A stretch of 64,000 bases of DNA from Podarcis pityusensis (taxonomy: Eukaryota): the NCBI GenBank assembly GCA_964106645.2, contig OZ067038.1, one strand, 5' to 3'. This document shows, piece by piece, positions 13,416-26,659 of the stretch (position 1 is the first letter of the stretch; each line of letters opens with the position of its first letter). A program made the translations under genes and the position numbers. Under the pieces are notes generated by a model. The model was not told the origin of the DNA, searched no databases, and worked only from the letters and a program-made list of their open reading frames with translations.

Positions 13416-14225
13416 CTCCCGTTATCTGACACTGAATAGTAAGCGTCCTTACTCTTTCTTTGGGCGAAGCATTGGTAATGGTCAATCCTACCCCGTTCTG
13501 GAGATAAGGAAAGAGGCTGCTGGGGGCTCGGTTGACCTGAGATTTCCCCCGCGGCAGAATGAAGGGGTAAAGTCTCGAGGTGTCTGAGAGATGTGTAGGT
13601 CACTTAAGGGGATGGACAATGCCACACACACACATATATATAAGCGAGCGAGTATCCAAACCTTACTTACACACGGTGGAGAAAGGTTTTAGCCCCATCC
13701 TTATTCTCAAGATTCACTTGCAGGGAGAGTATCACGTGGGAGAGCACTAACACTTGGTATCCCACCTGCAACCTGAAGTTAGACGCCCTCGGCTCTACTA
13801 TCTCAGAAAGGCTCCACCTCCGACTTCCCCACCGCGTCCTCCTGCATTTATAAGACCAGTATGGAGAGTCCTGAGGAAACACCACTCACATCGCCATTGG
13901 AGAGCCTCCCCGCCAGAGCTGAGCCCCCCTAAAGTAGCTTCCTGAAACAAGTCTGAACTGATGGCGGAGGGACAAGGGGCTCTGGAGCATGAATGAGTGC
14001 ACCACTCAGCCACTGGGTCTGAAATCAATGAGACCTATGGACTCTCCTGGAGCGTGTGTCTACCTAGTGTGGCCTGATCGTGGGCCCCTGATCGGTATGA
14101 ACAGCAGGTCAGGATAAAATAATAGGCCTGCCTCTGGGTGCTTCGCTTTGTTTTATGACTCTAACTCGCTTTCCAGCCGTCCTTTTTTGCCTCTTACTCA
14201 TTTGGCAATGGTGGGAGAGGACAAA

Positions 14226-14749
14226 GAGTCAGTGTACTGTGGTAGTTGCAGTGTTTCCCAAACGTGGGTCTCTAGCTGTTTTTGAACTGCAACTCCCATC
14301 ATTCCTAGTTAGCAAGACCAGTGTCAGAGATGGTGGAAATTGTAGTCCAAGAACCCAAGTTTGGGAAATACTGGAGAGTACTGTATTGAGTTAGGACCTG
14401 GGAGACCAGGGTTCCAATCCCTCACTTAGCCATGAAGCTCACTGGGAGACCTTGGGCATAGCCAGGATTTATGGGGGAGCAGGCTTTATGTTGTGAGGAG
14501 CAGAACGGAGATATCTGCGACACAATTGTTCAGTTAGTTAAGTATTTTCATTTATTTACTTGGTTTATTGGGGCAGCTGCCTCCCGCACCTCCCTGGCTA
14601 CGCCCATGCCTTGGGACAGTCACGTGCTCTCAGCCCGACCTACACCACAGGGTTGTTGTGAGGATTAAATGAAGAGATGGAGAACCGCGCAGGCCACCTT
14701 GAGCTCCCGGGAGAAAATGTGGGATAGAAATACAATAGACAAACAAACT
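14226..14749 (+). mobile_element. Squam3-like SINE interrupted by two MITEs (14249-14373; ~14451-14608)
   Basis: SINE segments collinear with 8685-8905; inserts bounded by TIRs CAGTGTTTCCCAAAC/GTTTGGGAAATACTG and GGGCATAGCCAGG/CCTGGCTACGCCC. Confidence 0.8.
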
Positions 14750-17064
14750 AGGAATCAGTCCCCGTTAAGACTTTCATCTGAACACTTCACGAAGCTAAGA
14801 GAGAGAGAAACAAAAACTCCACCCGAAAGAAGAGGGAAAACACTTGTCTGTTTGTATGTTTTCTTTTATATTCGCTCTCAAGATTCTTCCACGCTACGCC
14901 TAACAGGAGAAATCTGTGTCCGTTGTGTTTGTTGCTTTTTGCCGTTGGGTGCCTTTCCCGCTCTTCGGAATAATTTTTTTTCCTGCCTTCTCCTGCTAAA
15001 GACATTTCTTTCGTTCCGTTTTTCCTGACGTCCCTCCGCTTTGGGCGTCATCATCAGTCTTTTTGCTCATCAGCATCGTCGCTCCTTCCTCCGCGTTACC
15101 TGAAAAGAGGAGAGAGGACATATCCCAATAACAGGCACCTCGCAATATTCCCTAGAGCAGGCGGGTGGAACTTTTGGTCTGCCAGATGTTACTGAACTAC
15201 AGCTCCCATCAGCCCCTGCAAAACTGACTAATGCCCATGGATTATGGGAGTTGTAGTTCCGCAACTCCTGGCGGGGCCGAAAGTGCCGCACACGCCTACT
15301 CTAGTCTACTGAGCGCGCTGTTTCCTCTAAAGAAATGTGGATGCAGATCGTGGAATGAACCACAAAGGAAAGGTACGAGCCGCTTCCCGGAAATCAGTCA
15401 ATAAATTTCCAAGTAGAGACTGCGAAACAGAATATATGGAGATCCAAAGGGAAGGGGGCAGAAATGCACCCTAGAGCCCAATACTTTGGGGGTGGGCACA
15501 CCTAATAAGTCAATTGGTGTTCAATAAAAGGCGCTCAGAGCAGATTTTAATCGCTCGAGGATGTTTAAGCACTCACAGCGAAAAGAGAGCTCTAAGTTTA
15601 AATCGCCATCCTAAAGTGTGGTGGGGAGGGGATGCAAACTCCTGGAAGAGCGCTTCCACGTGACCCTGCAAGCACCTTTCTAGGCGCATGTGCGAACGTC
15701 CTCGCTAGGTTTTAGAAAGCCCCGGGCTTTTTAAGAGAGCTTTCACACCTGACACAAAAGTGCATTTGGTTGTTCTTCCACTCAAATCTATTTTTGCCTC
15801 ACTAGTGTGAATTGTGTTAACGTAGGCTAAGGAAGCATAGAGCCGTTTTAAAAACCGCTCTGAGTGGCTACGGTGGGGGCTCACGTTTGGTTTACAGACC
15901 AATTTAAGGTAAAACGGATTTAAGACTCAGACATGGACGTGTCCCTTGTGTCACAGGTGCGACTGATAAAGTCGGAAGCAGATATTTGTCACCAGGTACA
16001 CAGGAGGTGGGGAACACTGGCCAATCCTGGCAGGCTCCCCTGGAATTGACATGCACATTGGCCAATGATGTAACTGGTGTGATTATTTATTACAAATACC
16101 TCAAAGCGGCTTACAAAAGATTCTCGCACTAAAACATGACATTCAAGTCTAGTATCGGGAACAAAAATAAACACGTTGCGGGGACACTTTACAAAAACAA
16201 CAACTTCTGTACATACAATGCACTGAGTGTACCGGTAAACTATAATCCGAGATAATGTTCCGAATGTTTTAATGAGAAATAAAGTTGTAAAAAAACAAAA
16301 AGCACAGGTTTTTTTAGAATAGAAAATATATGCTGGCCATTTCAGAGTTTATACTGAAAACTGGGATTGGTGAATGTTATTATGATTATTTAAAATATTT
16401 TCAGAAGGCTCAGCCATGATTCTTGCTACCTTTTTCGCTCATGAAAACAGTATAAAATTTCACCAAATTCACTGAGATGGGCCCACCTTTACCTGGCAGC
16501 CCTGACCAACGAATACTAGTACAAATATGTCTCTCGACGTTCCCCAAAGATGCTGAGGTTAGGACTTTGGCGAGCCTACGAGTGGAAGTTTATAAGATGA
16601 TGCGGCAGCCCTAAAGACATTTTCCTGTGGAATTCAGGCCTCCCCGTTGAATTCCACAGAATTTATTTCTGAGCGGACATACATAGGATTGTTCCGCAAG
16701 CAGCACTTTTCGGAAACAGAATCAGACTAGCAAACGTTGGCTGATACCGGAACTTCTTTTCCAAATGGTCCTCCTATTCTTTTCCAGTCCTACTTGAAGA
16801 ATATTTCCCGGTGCGTATTAAAAGCTTTCTGAAGCATCCCTTCTGAAAGCGCCCTCACCTAACCCATTGGACGCTTTTCATCCCATTCAAAGCAAAGGCT
16901 AAAAAAAAAAAAAAAAAGACCAATCTACTCAAAAGAAAGTCCCACCGGAGTTCAATGGGGCTTGTTCCCAGGTAAATTCGAGGAGGATGGCAACCTTAAG
17001 CATTATTTGAGAAAATGGGAATGACGCTTTCGAAAGAGGCGCTCTTATTCTCACGTGTTGAACG

Positions 17065-17069
17065 ACACA

Positions 17070-17126
<57 letters not shown>
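17065..17126. repeat. Compound (CT)n(CA)n microsatellite
   Basis: Read directly. Confidence 0.95.
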
Positions 17127-17130
<4 letters not shown>

Positions 17131-17967
17131 GGAGAGAGAGCCAGTCAGATCGGCCGTCCCGTGCCGTGGAACATTTTAAGCTAATGATTATGTGAATCTA
17201 TTACCCATCAACCACTTTAGACCGAATGAACTGATTCCAAGCCCGGCGAAGGCGCAGTTGACTTCAGTGCAACTCGAATCGCTCTAAAGGTCTCCTTCAG
17301 CCAAGTTTTGAATCCTGCTGCCCGTCCCACTTACGTCAAGAGGCTAAATACCGAAGAGCTAAGAAGGATCCGAGCCTCTGGGGTCTTTTTTGGTGTTTGC
17401 AGGAAAGAGGGGAGGGAGGGAGTGGGGTGAGGGAGACGTTGATGCTTTTGTTGTCAAGGGGCAAAGAGCTTATGTTCTTAACCTCTGAGGTTTTACACTC
17501 TTCTGCCGATTTGGACATTCCTTTAAGCACCGCCGTGCCTCAGATGTGTCTCAAAGGCCCCAAGGGCTAATCTCCCACCTCCAACGCAGCTCCGTTTCCC
17601 CGGCGTTTTCAGCGGACCACGTTGAAGTTACACCTACAGTTTTCACCCTCTTCGCTTTTTGCTTTTTTTTAGACGGGAGTTTCGCGGGGGACTATCCATT
17701 GAAGACCGAAAAATAGAGGGGACACAACTTCTGCTATTTTTTTCTTTAAAACAAAAACAAAGATTTTTGCGGGAAGGGGAGGCTGTATCCAGTATCCTTG
17801 CCGAGACACGGGTCCAAGAGACCCTCACCCTCACAACCTCTTGCCTCAGAAGAAAGCACCGAGCCGGTACATCCGGCGGATGTTGCAGACTGAGATGCGG
17901 GTTTGCTGGCCCGTTACAGAACACGCATTTAGACGAGCTGAACTTAGACGGTTGTGATAACGGGATA

Positions 17968-18158
17968 CAGGGGTGCCAACCCGAATAAAATATTGGGGAG
18001 GCAAGTAAGCCCCACCCCGCATAATCGATCACAAGACACGGCGCAAGCACGCCATTTGAATGGCAATGACCATAAACTTTGGGGGGGCCGTAGCCCCCTC
18101 AAACATTTTATTGGGGGAAGGGCGAAGGGACCTCGGCCTCTAGGAGTTGGCTCCTATG
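17968..18158 (-). mobile_element. hAT-type MITE family B
   Basis: Imperfect TIRs CAGGGGTGCCAAC/GTTGGCTCCTATG; homologous to 19652-19938 and 59379-59569. Confidence 0.75.
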
Positions 18159-19651
18159 CTGGGATTGCAACTCTCACGTACGAATCAGAGGACCGCCGAG
18201 TTCAGCCCAGGCGTACTTTCGTTTAAAGATGTGAAGCATTGACTTCTGGGGCAATTCTTGGAGGAACTCCTCGGGGCGTTAGAGGTGTTCGGGTTTTAAA
18301 CATCTTTTAACATGGACTTAAGCTGGGACAAGATCCCAGCTTCCTGAAACATTTTTTTAAAAAGCGGATCGCAGACCTCATCCTTTGTGATGAGGTAGAG
18401 TCATAATCGCGTATGGAAACAGGGAAGATGGTTACCCGCGTTGCCTTCCTTTCCTTAAATGGAAACAGGGAAGAGAGGGAGGGGAGGGGGATCCAGATGC
18501 AATCTTGGAGTATTTACACTGTTCTATTAGGAAGCCGGGGCCCAGCCAGCACCCCTGTGGGGGGAAGTTCTCTTGAAATCCATAGGAGCTCAGTGGAAAG
18601 GCGCGCTATTGTTGCGAGAGAGAGGAAGGCAAAACAAAACAGAAACCTCGAGGGGGCTGTTGTTTGTTTGTTTAGGCGTTTCATGAGAGCAGCAGACAGG
18701 AATCAACTTTGGTTTTCCGGCGCACCAAACGACCTGCTTTCCCAATCGTAGACCCTAAGGCAAAATGCTGGCAGTGGAATAAAATTAATGCCCCTTTGAA
18801 AATTACGAACCTGGAGAATACTGAGGTTGAAATCCTATACCCCGTTACTTGGAAGTAAGCCCCACTGAATCATCATCATTATCATTATCCAGGGAGAGAC
18901 TCGGATCCAAGGACTGCTCATCCTAGTGTGGATTTAGGGATCTATGCTGAATCTAGCAGTGGCTTGCTCTCCTCCACGGCCCTCCGTGCATACCTTTCAG
19001 CTTTACAGAGCAATCCCATGCACGTTTATTTAGAAGTAAGTCCCACTGAGTTCAATGGGGCTTATTCACAGGGAAGTGGATAGCTGCTTGCGACTTAGGC
19101 GGCTACCTAATAAACAGTCGCTCTTTGAGCGTTGCTTCTTTCCTTCCATGATAATCTCCTTAGGCTGACACTTGGGAGTTCTGGAAGTTCTTGGTGGCGT
19201 GAAAATTGGAGGGATCCAGTTGTGCAGGATTCGTTCCCTCCTGCACCGTTCCGTAAGCAGCTCACGTATTGCCCACCCAGGTCTAAGCATATGGGCCCTG
19301 TTCCAGATAGTCTTTCGCGTCAGATTCAAATCTGAAACTCATGAGACTTCTGAAATTAGTCCCATTGGTGCATCCATCCCGCCACCCCCTCCACGCATGG
19401 GTCTTTAAAATTCTTTTCTCTATAGCCAGTAAACATCCCCTCTGTCCCCCCAAAAGAAAAAAAATCCACTTCAAACGGATTTATGTATTTTTTGTAATTT
19501 TAACTCGCTCTTTTCAATGAAACTCGGGGGGAGAGTGCATAGTCTTCCCCATTTTGTTCCCGTTTAGACCGAAAGATGGCAATTGTTCTTAGATCGTGGA
19601 AAAATTCAGGGCTAGGTCCAATTCCAACTCATGTCTGCCTGGTCTGGCAAT

Positions 19652-19938
19652 CATAGCAGGCAACCCCTAGGGGCCGTGGGGGCTTCCGCTCTGCAATAAA
19701 ATATTTGAGGGGGCTGGACCCCTGCAAAGTTGAGGAGCATTGCCATGGGGCAGCTGCCCCCCATCAAGTAAAACAATAGAAATATTTAACTAACTGACCA
19801 ATCTGCCCCGCCCCCAACAAAAACCTATAGGCATTGCCATTCAAATGGTGTGTGTGCACCATGTCATGTGATCGATTATGCTGGGCGGGGCTTACCTGCC
19901 CCCCCCCCCCCAATATTTCATTCAAGTTGGCACCCCTG
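19652..19938 (+). mobile_element. hAT-type MITE family B with nested family A copy (19744-19829)
   Basis: Outer TSD CTGGCAAT/CTAGCAAC; inner insert flanked by duplicated AGCATTGC/GGCATTGC. Confidence 0.8.
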
Positions 19939-20899
19939 CTAGCAACACTCTGGAAACTACCACGCTGGAGTCATGCCCCAGTTTGTTTCTATGAGACTCC
20001 AGCGCGCGTTCCTGATCTTATTGTGGATGCGGCTGCTGCCTATTTCATTGGTATCTTAGCGTTTTGCAGAAGGCTTGGGGCGGAGGTGGGCTCACTACCT
20101 CGCCTCGCACACCCCGTACACGGAATAAATGGAATAACGGCAACTTTGGAATCAGAGGCCGTTTCTTTCCCACCCTGAATTGACCTTAGGTTGTATTCTT
20201 GTAAGTACTATTGAAATCAATGGTACTTACTTCTGAGAAGACCTGCTTGGAACTGCATGCTAGGAACGCATTGTTACTCCCCTCACCCATCATGTTTCAG
20301 CCCATTTCTAGACTTGCATCCGGCTGTTTTGATACGTGGCGGGGAGGGGGAGGGCCTCCATCTATTTTCTTTACCTACTACAAAGCCTCACGTGATGCAT
20401 TACAGGCCTCTTCCCAGCGAGTAAGAAGTATCGCATCCGTCAGATGCTCGATGCCAACAGGAAATAGCTCTGGAATCAGAAGAAATCGAAGGACAACGCC
20501 TGATTCCCTAGCCATCTCCTTAAACACCTTTCAAGTTCTATTTTCTTTCACTTGTGTTGTGGGCACACATTTTCTTCGATGGGAAGAAAATGGTCTTTCT
20601 GACTGGCGCCTTCCATGCGCAGCGCACGAGAAATGGGACTCGATGCAACTTTGGATCGGGACGAAAACGAAGCACGCAGGCGCTACAGAGATCCATAGGA
20701 ACTCGAGCTTTACGGTGTCCCTCATTAACATAAAAAAAAAGATGGGAGGCGGATTACGCCATACTGTTTTGTGTACAGTAAAATACAGACAACCATTTCC
20801 AAAATGACTTTACTTACACAGGGCAACATCATTCCTGTATATTCAAAAGGGAGTCCCCCTGTTCAGCTACGGTTGATTCCTATGTAAAGAAGCAGCCTG

Positions 20900-20990
20900 A
20901 CAGAGGAATACTGGAAGTGTCTCCTCAGAAGTAAGTCCCGTTGAGTCCAATGGGACTTACTCCCAGGAAAGTAGCTAAGGGATTACAAAC
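20900..20990. mobile_element. Palindromic ~90-bp MITE (PIF/Harbinger-like), representative copy
   Basis: Core AGTAAGTCCC-GTTGAGTCCAAT-GGGACTTACT (20930-20961); more than 20 related copies in the window. Confidence 0.65.
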
Positions 20991-23101
20991 AAGCGCTTTG
21001 GGGAACACTGAGTCTGTGCTTTAGAATACAGCATGAACGTATTAAAAAAACAAGTCAACATATTTACGCATCTTAGCTCTAATTATTTCAGTGAAACTTG
21101 CTTTCAATGATGTTTTTATTCCACGTAAATCTGTTTAAGATGAGGCTTCGGGTATTAAAAATAAACCTTCCACCTGGACTTCAAACACATTTACATTTGG
21201 TGGGGAGTTAGTGTCCATAAAATTAATAGCACTTTCTTCCAACAAAATGTGTTCAGGGTCCACACCCTACGAGGAGGAAACCCATTAAAAAATACTTAAG
21301 ATACCTGTTTGGCTTGCAATTGATGCTTTTTTTGGTCTTCAGTAACGTTCAAGAAGATCACACTTACGCTCGGAAAATATTGTTATTTTTCTTTAATGGG
21401 GAAAATTTGGACTCCCGCGAGTTAGATCTGTGGTTTTTAGGGCTAGGATGAAAATTGGACTGACACCACTTTGCACTTTAACAATCGGATTTCGTCAGGG
21501 TACAAGTTGTTTGTTTAACCCGACAGCTCCGTGCACCCCGTCGCACGCTTTACACACTCATTAAAACGATTATTCACGACCTGTCGAGTGTTTTCTAGTT
21601 CATTCACAGGAAAGACTTAGCGCCATAGGATCCAAGCATAGACCGTCCTCAAATCTGCGTCTGGTGCGCTGGTATCTAGCTTCTACAACTTGCAAAAGAA
21701 CGGATGTTCTAATAACAACAATAACTATAATAATATTTCTGACACCTTAGTCCTAAACGCAGTTTATCTGGAAATAAGATCCACAGGTTCCTTCCAAGAA
21801 ACTGAAGTGCCGAGTTCACAGGCTTAACGTGAGACCAGGGGAAAATGATCCTTAACTCATTAGACTCTCAAAGTTGCATTCAAAAACAAGGGAATAACTT
21901 CCCAGGTAAATGTTTTAGGATCGGGTGTCTAGCGCTCTGATGCCAAATAAATCCGCAGGCCAATGCTGACGCGGTTTACTCGGAAGTAAGGCACATGGAT
22001 GTCAGAGGGGTTTAACCTCAAAATGCTGTTGTTTGGGATTTCTTGGAAATCTGCCCCAGTGGCTCCAACAGAACTGACCTAGGGACAAACAGTACCTTTT
22101 AAAGATAGCTTTTGACAGCTCGGCAGGATCATAAACAAACGGCCCGGAATGACTCTATTTTCCAACAGTTGGGTTGGAGAGGTTGAAGTAGAAAAATGAG
22201 GAGGGGATTCCTAGGGTAAATAAATAAATGCACCAGTCAACCGGCATTTCTATTCTACAGGAATTTTATCTGAAGCGGGGGCTAGACTCCGCTTCCCCTC
22301 CCAAAAAATAGACGAATGAGAATTTATGAAGAAAGCAATCTTGATTTTAGAAGCTCAGAATTTCCCCTCAATTGTGGCACATGGACAGAAAACTCAACAA
22401 CCAGAAAAGTTGCCCCACTAATCAGTTGCAGCCAAAACTGCAAAGAATCTTGACGGCAGCCTTCAAAACTTCACCAATTTATTGTGGCATAATAAATTTT
22501 AAGGTGCCTGCAAAACTCATCACACTTCTAGATCGATGAGAGTAGGATTGGGATGGCCGGCCTGCTAATGAAGGGTTCGGGGGTTTTAACGGACGAACTT
22601 CATACAAAAGCGCTTCCAACGATTCTCAAAAGCCCGGAGGAGTTTATAATTCTGGCCAAATGTGTCCTTTCACCTTCGTGGTTTAACAGGAACAGGTCAC
22701 ATATCGCCCGTCACAGTGAGATAGAATATTGTGGTTTCAATTAAGAAAGGCAGATCGCCGTAAGGCCGCTATCCCGACGCCCATTTACTCAAACCAGCGG
22801 AAATGAAAGGAATCCGCGGTGCGCTGCTAGTATAGAGAGTCATGCATTTCCGAAAGGTTCTTGCTGGCCAAAGCTTTTAGAAACCTTCGGGAGGGAGCGC
22901 TGAGAAGGATTTTATAAGGAACAAACGCGCAGTCAGATTCCGAGCCCAGTTAAGATTCGGGTTGCAGGACGGACATTGCGCCGCTGCTGTTCAGGAAGCG
23001 CTGGGCTCAAATCCCTTCCAACCAACCTCTGATATTATGTGTGTTTACTATGGGTACTACTCGATTCTCCTATGTAATATCTCCCGTTCTCACTCTTTCT
23101 C

Positions 23102-23103
23102 GT

Positions 23104-23149
<46 letters not shown>
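23102..23149. repeat. Compound (GT)n(GA)n microsatellite
   Basis: Read directly. Confidence 0.95.
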
Positions 23150-23150
<1 letters not shown>

Positions 23151-25510
23151 AAAATGTGTATATAATATATATATGCATTATTTCTCAAGGTTTTCAAACT
23201 TTTCGCAACATAAAGTATATTATTATAATATAAAGAAAACGGAGAGCAAAAACGCGAAATCTAAACGATTTCTTAATTTCTCGCAACGTGAAGAGAGCAT
23301 GTATGAGTTGATTGTTAGATATATAATAATCCACAATCAGGTGCGCTGTTAAGAAGGACTCTTCCAAGCCTGCATCTCCTCCGCCTTTTGCTCAGCACCA
23401 AGCCGCTAAGATAAGATCAAGGCAAAAGAAAAAAGAAAAGAAGACCGAAAATCTGTACATAAATACTTAAAAACCGGGCGCAAATAAACACACCAATCGA
23501 TAGCAAAGTAGCCAGCGCTTGTTCTATTGATGGGGACACAATCGATCCCACCCCCCTCTTCCTGCCAACCAAGACTCCGAACTACTCTGTAGGTAATTAT
23601 TAGGATTTGAAAGCCACGGATTTTAATCAGCAAAAAATAAAATAATTTAAATGCTTCCATTTTAACCTGGATGGAATTTTCTTCTATTAGAAGAGGGAAA
23701 ACGCCCGCCGTGGGAGTGTGGGTTTAGTTTTATTGCCACCACCCACCACTCCCAATTGCAAAACTTTTACAGTAGTAAAACAAATGGGGAGTATTTTTTT
23801 TTCCCAAACACGACGGCGAACAAAATGCATCTTGGAAGAAACACCAGCCTTAATAACACGGTTTCTTCCTTTTTGTCTGTCACTCTCTCTCTCTCTCTCT
23901 CTAAAATGTAAACATTGGAATCGGGTGATAGCTTCTTGAAATGGACACCAACCTTGCAGTAAACTCGCTTCCTTATAATTCTCATACAAATCCTCGCTGC
24001 CCCCACGTTTTTAGATATATTGAGCCTAAGGATGCCAAAAAGAGAAGAAATTCTCTTCTAGTATATCTCTTCTAGTATAAATGTATATAATATACATTTT
24101 CTCTCTTTCCCAAAAGAACATTTATCGTCGTTCCCACCCTCACCCACTTTCAACAAGATTATCGCAGCCTCTTGTGGAATGCAAAACTCTTTCATTATAT
24201 AGAGCTGCGATTTTTCAAAAGAAGCAACACCCATATAAATAAGTACATTCCCCCCTCGTTGTTTCTTATACTGCCTGTCTGAAAACCTTAGTGATTTCTG
24301 AAGGGTTCTCTCGGACTGTGACCCTCCTCTTCTCCCCTAGCCCTGCACGCCACTCTCCCATCCCATATGATCAATCCAACAATCTGAAATTATTTCTGCT
24401 CGATCAACCCTGAGAAGGGAAAGTGACTCCTCAAAGAAAGTCAGAAGTATAACCCTCCTTTCCCTCTGCCTACCTCTTGAGATTATAAGGGAAGCTCGAG
24501 AACATGGAAAGTATCTGAACTAATCTATTTTAAAAACAACAACAACACTGAAATCCTAATTCGCAAAAAACTGAGAGAGATTGAGATTTCTACCAAGAAC
24601 AGATCCGAAACATTCAAGCTGTTCCCACGAGGTTGGGAGAAGACGGGCCCTTCTCCCACACGTGTGCGCGCCCCACAGGCTCGCCTGCTTCCTTCTTCGC
24701 GCCGACCAAAATCCCCCTTGGGTTCAAGGAGTCAGCTTAGGTTGGCTAGAATCATATGGTTCAACCTGAGATGGTTCTCAGATCTGGCATAACAGAATAA
24801 TATAGAAAATGCTTTTTGGCGTTTAACTCGTGGCTTTCTGTAGCCTACATAATATATATGAAGATAAAGCAAAGAGCATAAAACTTTTAAATCCTCACAC
24901 ACCGCCATCTTTAAACGTCTGAATGGAAGCCAACTAAGGCCAGTTTGACTCATGCCCAAGTCATCGGAAGGATCCGCAGAAAGTTAAGCAAGTTAAGGAA
25001 GCGATCCCAACTCCCTCTGAAATAAAGTGGACTTTTTAAAAAAAAGTTAACTTTGCCCTGGTGGTGCCCATGGCTTGCAACTGAAAGAAACTCGTTTATT
25101 GAGACCTCTTTCCAAGGAAATATGTTCCAAACTGGCGTGGAATGCCAATTAAAAACCAGATTCGAGACAATCGAGAAACGCATCTAAGAGCTGCGGTAGA
25201 AATGTGCCTTATTTGAACACGTTCGGAAAACTAGCGCTCTCTCTCTCTATATATATATATATGGAGGCAATCTTCTCCCATAATATTTGCAAATGGGTTA
25301 CTAGTGGTGATCGGTGCTTTGGAAAGCAGCTTAAACTAAAATTAGGGGATGTGAATTGATTTGCACAGTGCGATAAATTACAGTAACTTTTTTTTTTTTT
25401 TTTTAATTCTCATTATTGCTTTCCCTCCCCGCCTCTGGTTGGTTGCTCTTTGCTCCCCACCGGAAGGTGGTGGCGGCGGCGGCTGAGTTTGTGTAACCTG
25501 TTCTCACGTT

Positions 25511-25524
25511 GTTGTCATGGAAAC
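25511..25524. promoter_or_regulatory. RFX X-box
   Basis: GTTGTCATGGAAAC, 12/14 match to GTTGCCATGGCAAC, in a unique CpG-rich block. Confidence 0.5.
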
Positions 25525-26628
25525 GCCACACAAACCTCCCACAAAGCTTTAGATCGCCTTTGCTGTGGGAGGGCACAGAGGCCCAAACTGTCTTACAGGG
25601 TGATCCGCGGTGAAGCCGAAGTGGTTGGGGATAAACAAAAACAGCATCAACAAGCGGCGGCGGCGGCGGCGACAGTAGCAGGGAACGGGGCTTGCTTAGA
25701 TGCCGGTGCTTCTCAGTGCAAGGGCCTCTGTCCGCTGCTGCCGACGTGCCCGATGGTGGTTTGCCACGAAGTGCCGCGCCTGAGCTCAGCGACACCGACA
25801 CTGTACCTTTAAGGCACATCTGAAGCACGTCCTCGCCCTCGGAGAATCCTGGGAACTGTAGCTCGCCTTTCACAGACTTACAGTTCCCGACAACCTTCAA
25901 GAAAGTACAGTGCCCAGAATTATTTGAGGGGGAAAGGTGCTTCGAATGTGCTTTAAAAGTATAGCGTGTAGGCAAGGTTGTCAGTTGAAGGTGAGAGGTG
26001 AAGCTCTTGGCTTCAGTACATTCGGATGGGGGAAGAGATTTCCATGGGCTTTAATGTTCTTTCCTTCCACACCATAAGCTATGGAGCCTGGGGCCGGGGC
26101 AGATGGCCTGAATTAGATTCCCCTTTGCAGTAATGACAAGGGAGGAAAGAATTTTTAAATTCACCACTAGAAGAGTAACACTGAGAGATCCGAATCAGTG
26201 TCTATCTGTCTATCTAACTATCCAGCCATCCACCCACCCATGCACTCACACACACTGAAGGTGAAGCTTATGTATCTATATGGCAGTCAAATTTTCTAGG
26301 CACCTGAAATTCGAACATGTGTGCCAGAGGAGGGAACACTGAGCTCTTGGTTTCTTGCGCTTGGCAATAGCGCCCTCGCCCTGCAGTTTAAAGAACAGCA
26401 GAGGCATAAATCCTATTGCATAAACACACTTAATAAACCTTAACGTTGCCCATATGCCCACATTCCACGCGTTCCTCAAACCAGAGCAACCTCCAGTTCA
26501 TCTCCCTAAACTTAGGGACTATTTCTGTCAATCAGCTGTAAGCAAGCATTGCACGACAGAGGCGGAAGGTGAAACAGTGCCGTATCCATGGAGAAAAATT
26601 AAGTAACCAAAACAGCATTTCAGACTCA

Positions 26629-26659
<31 letters not shown>

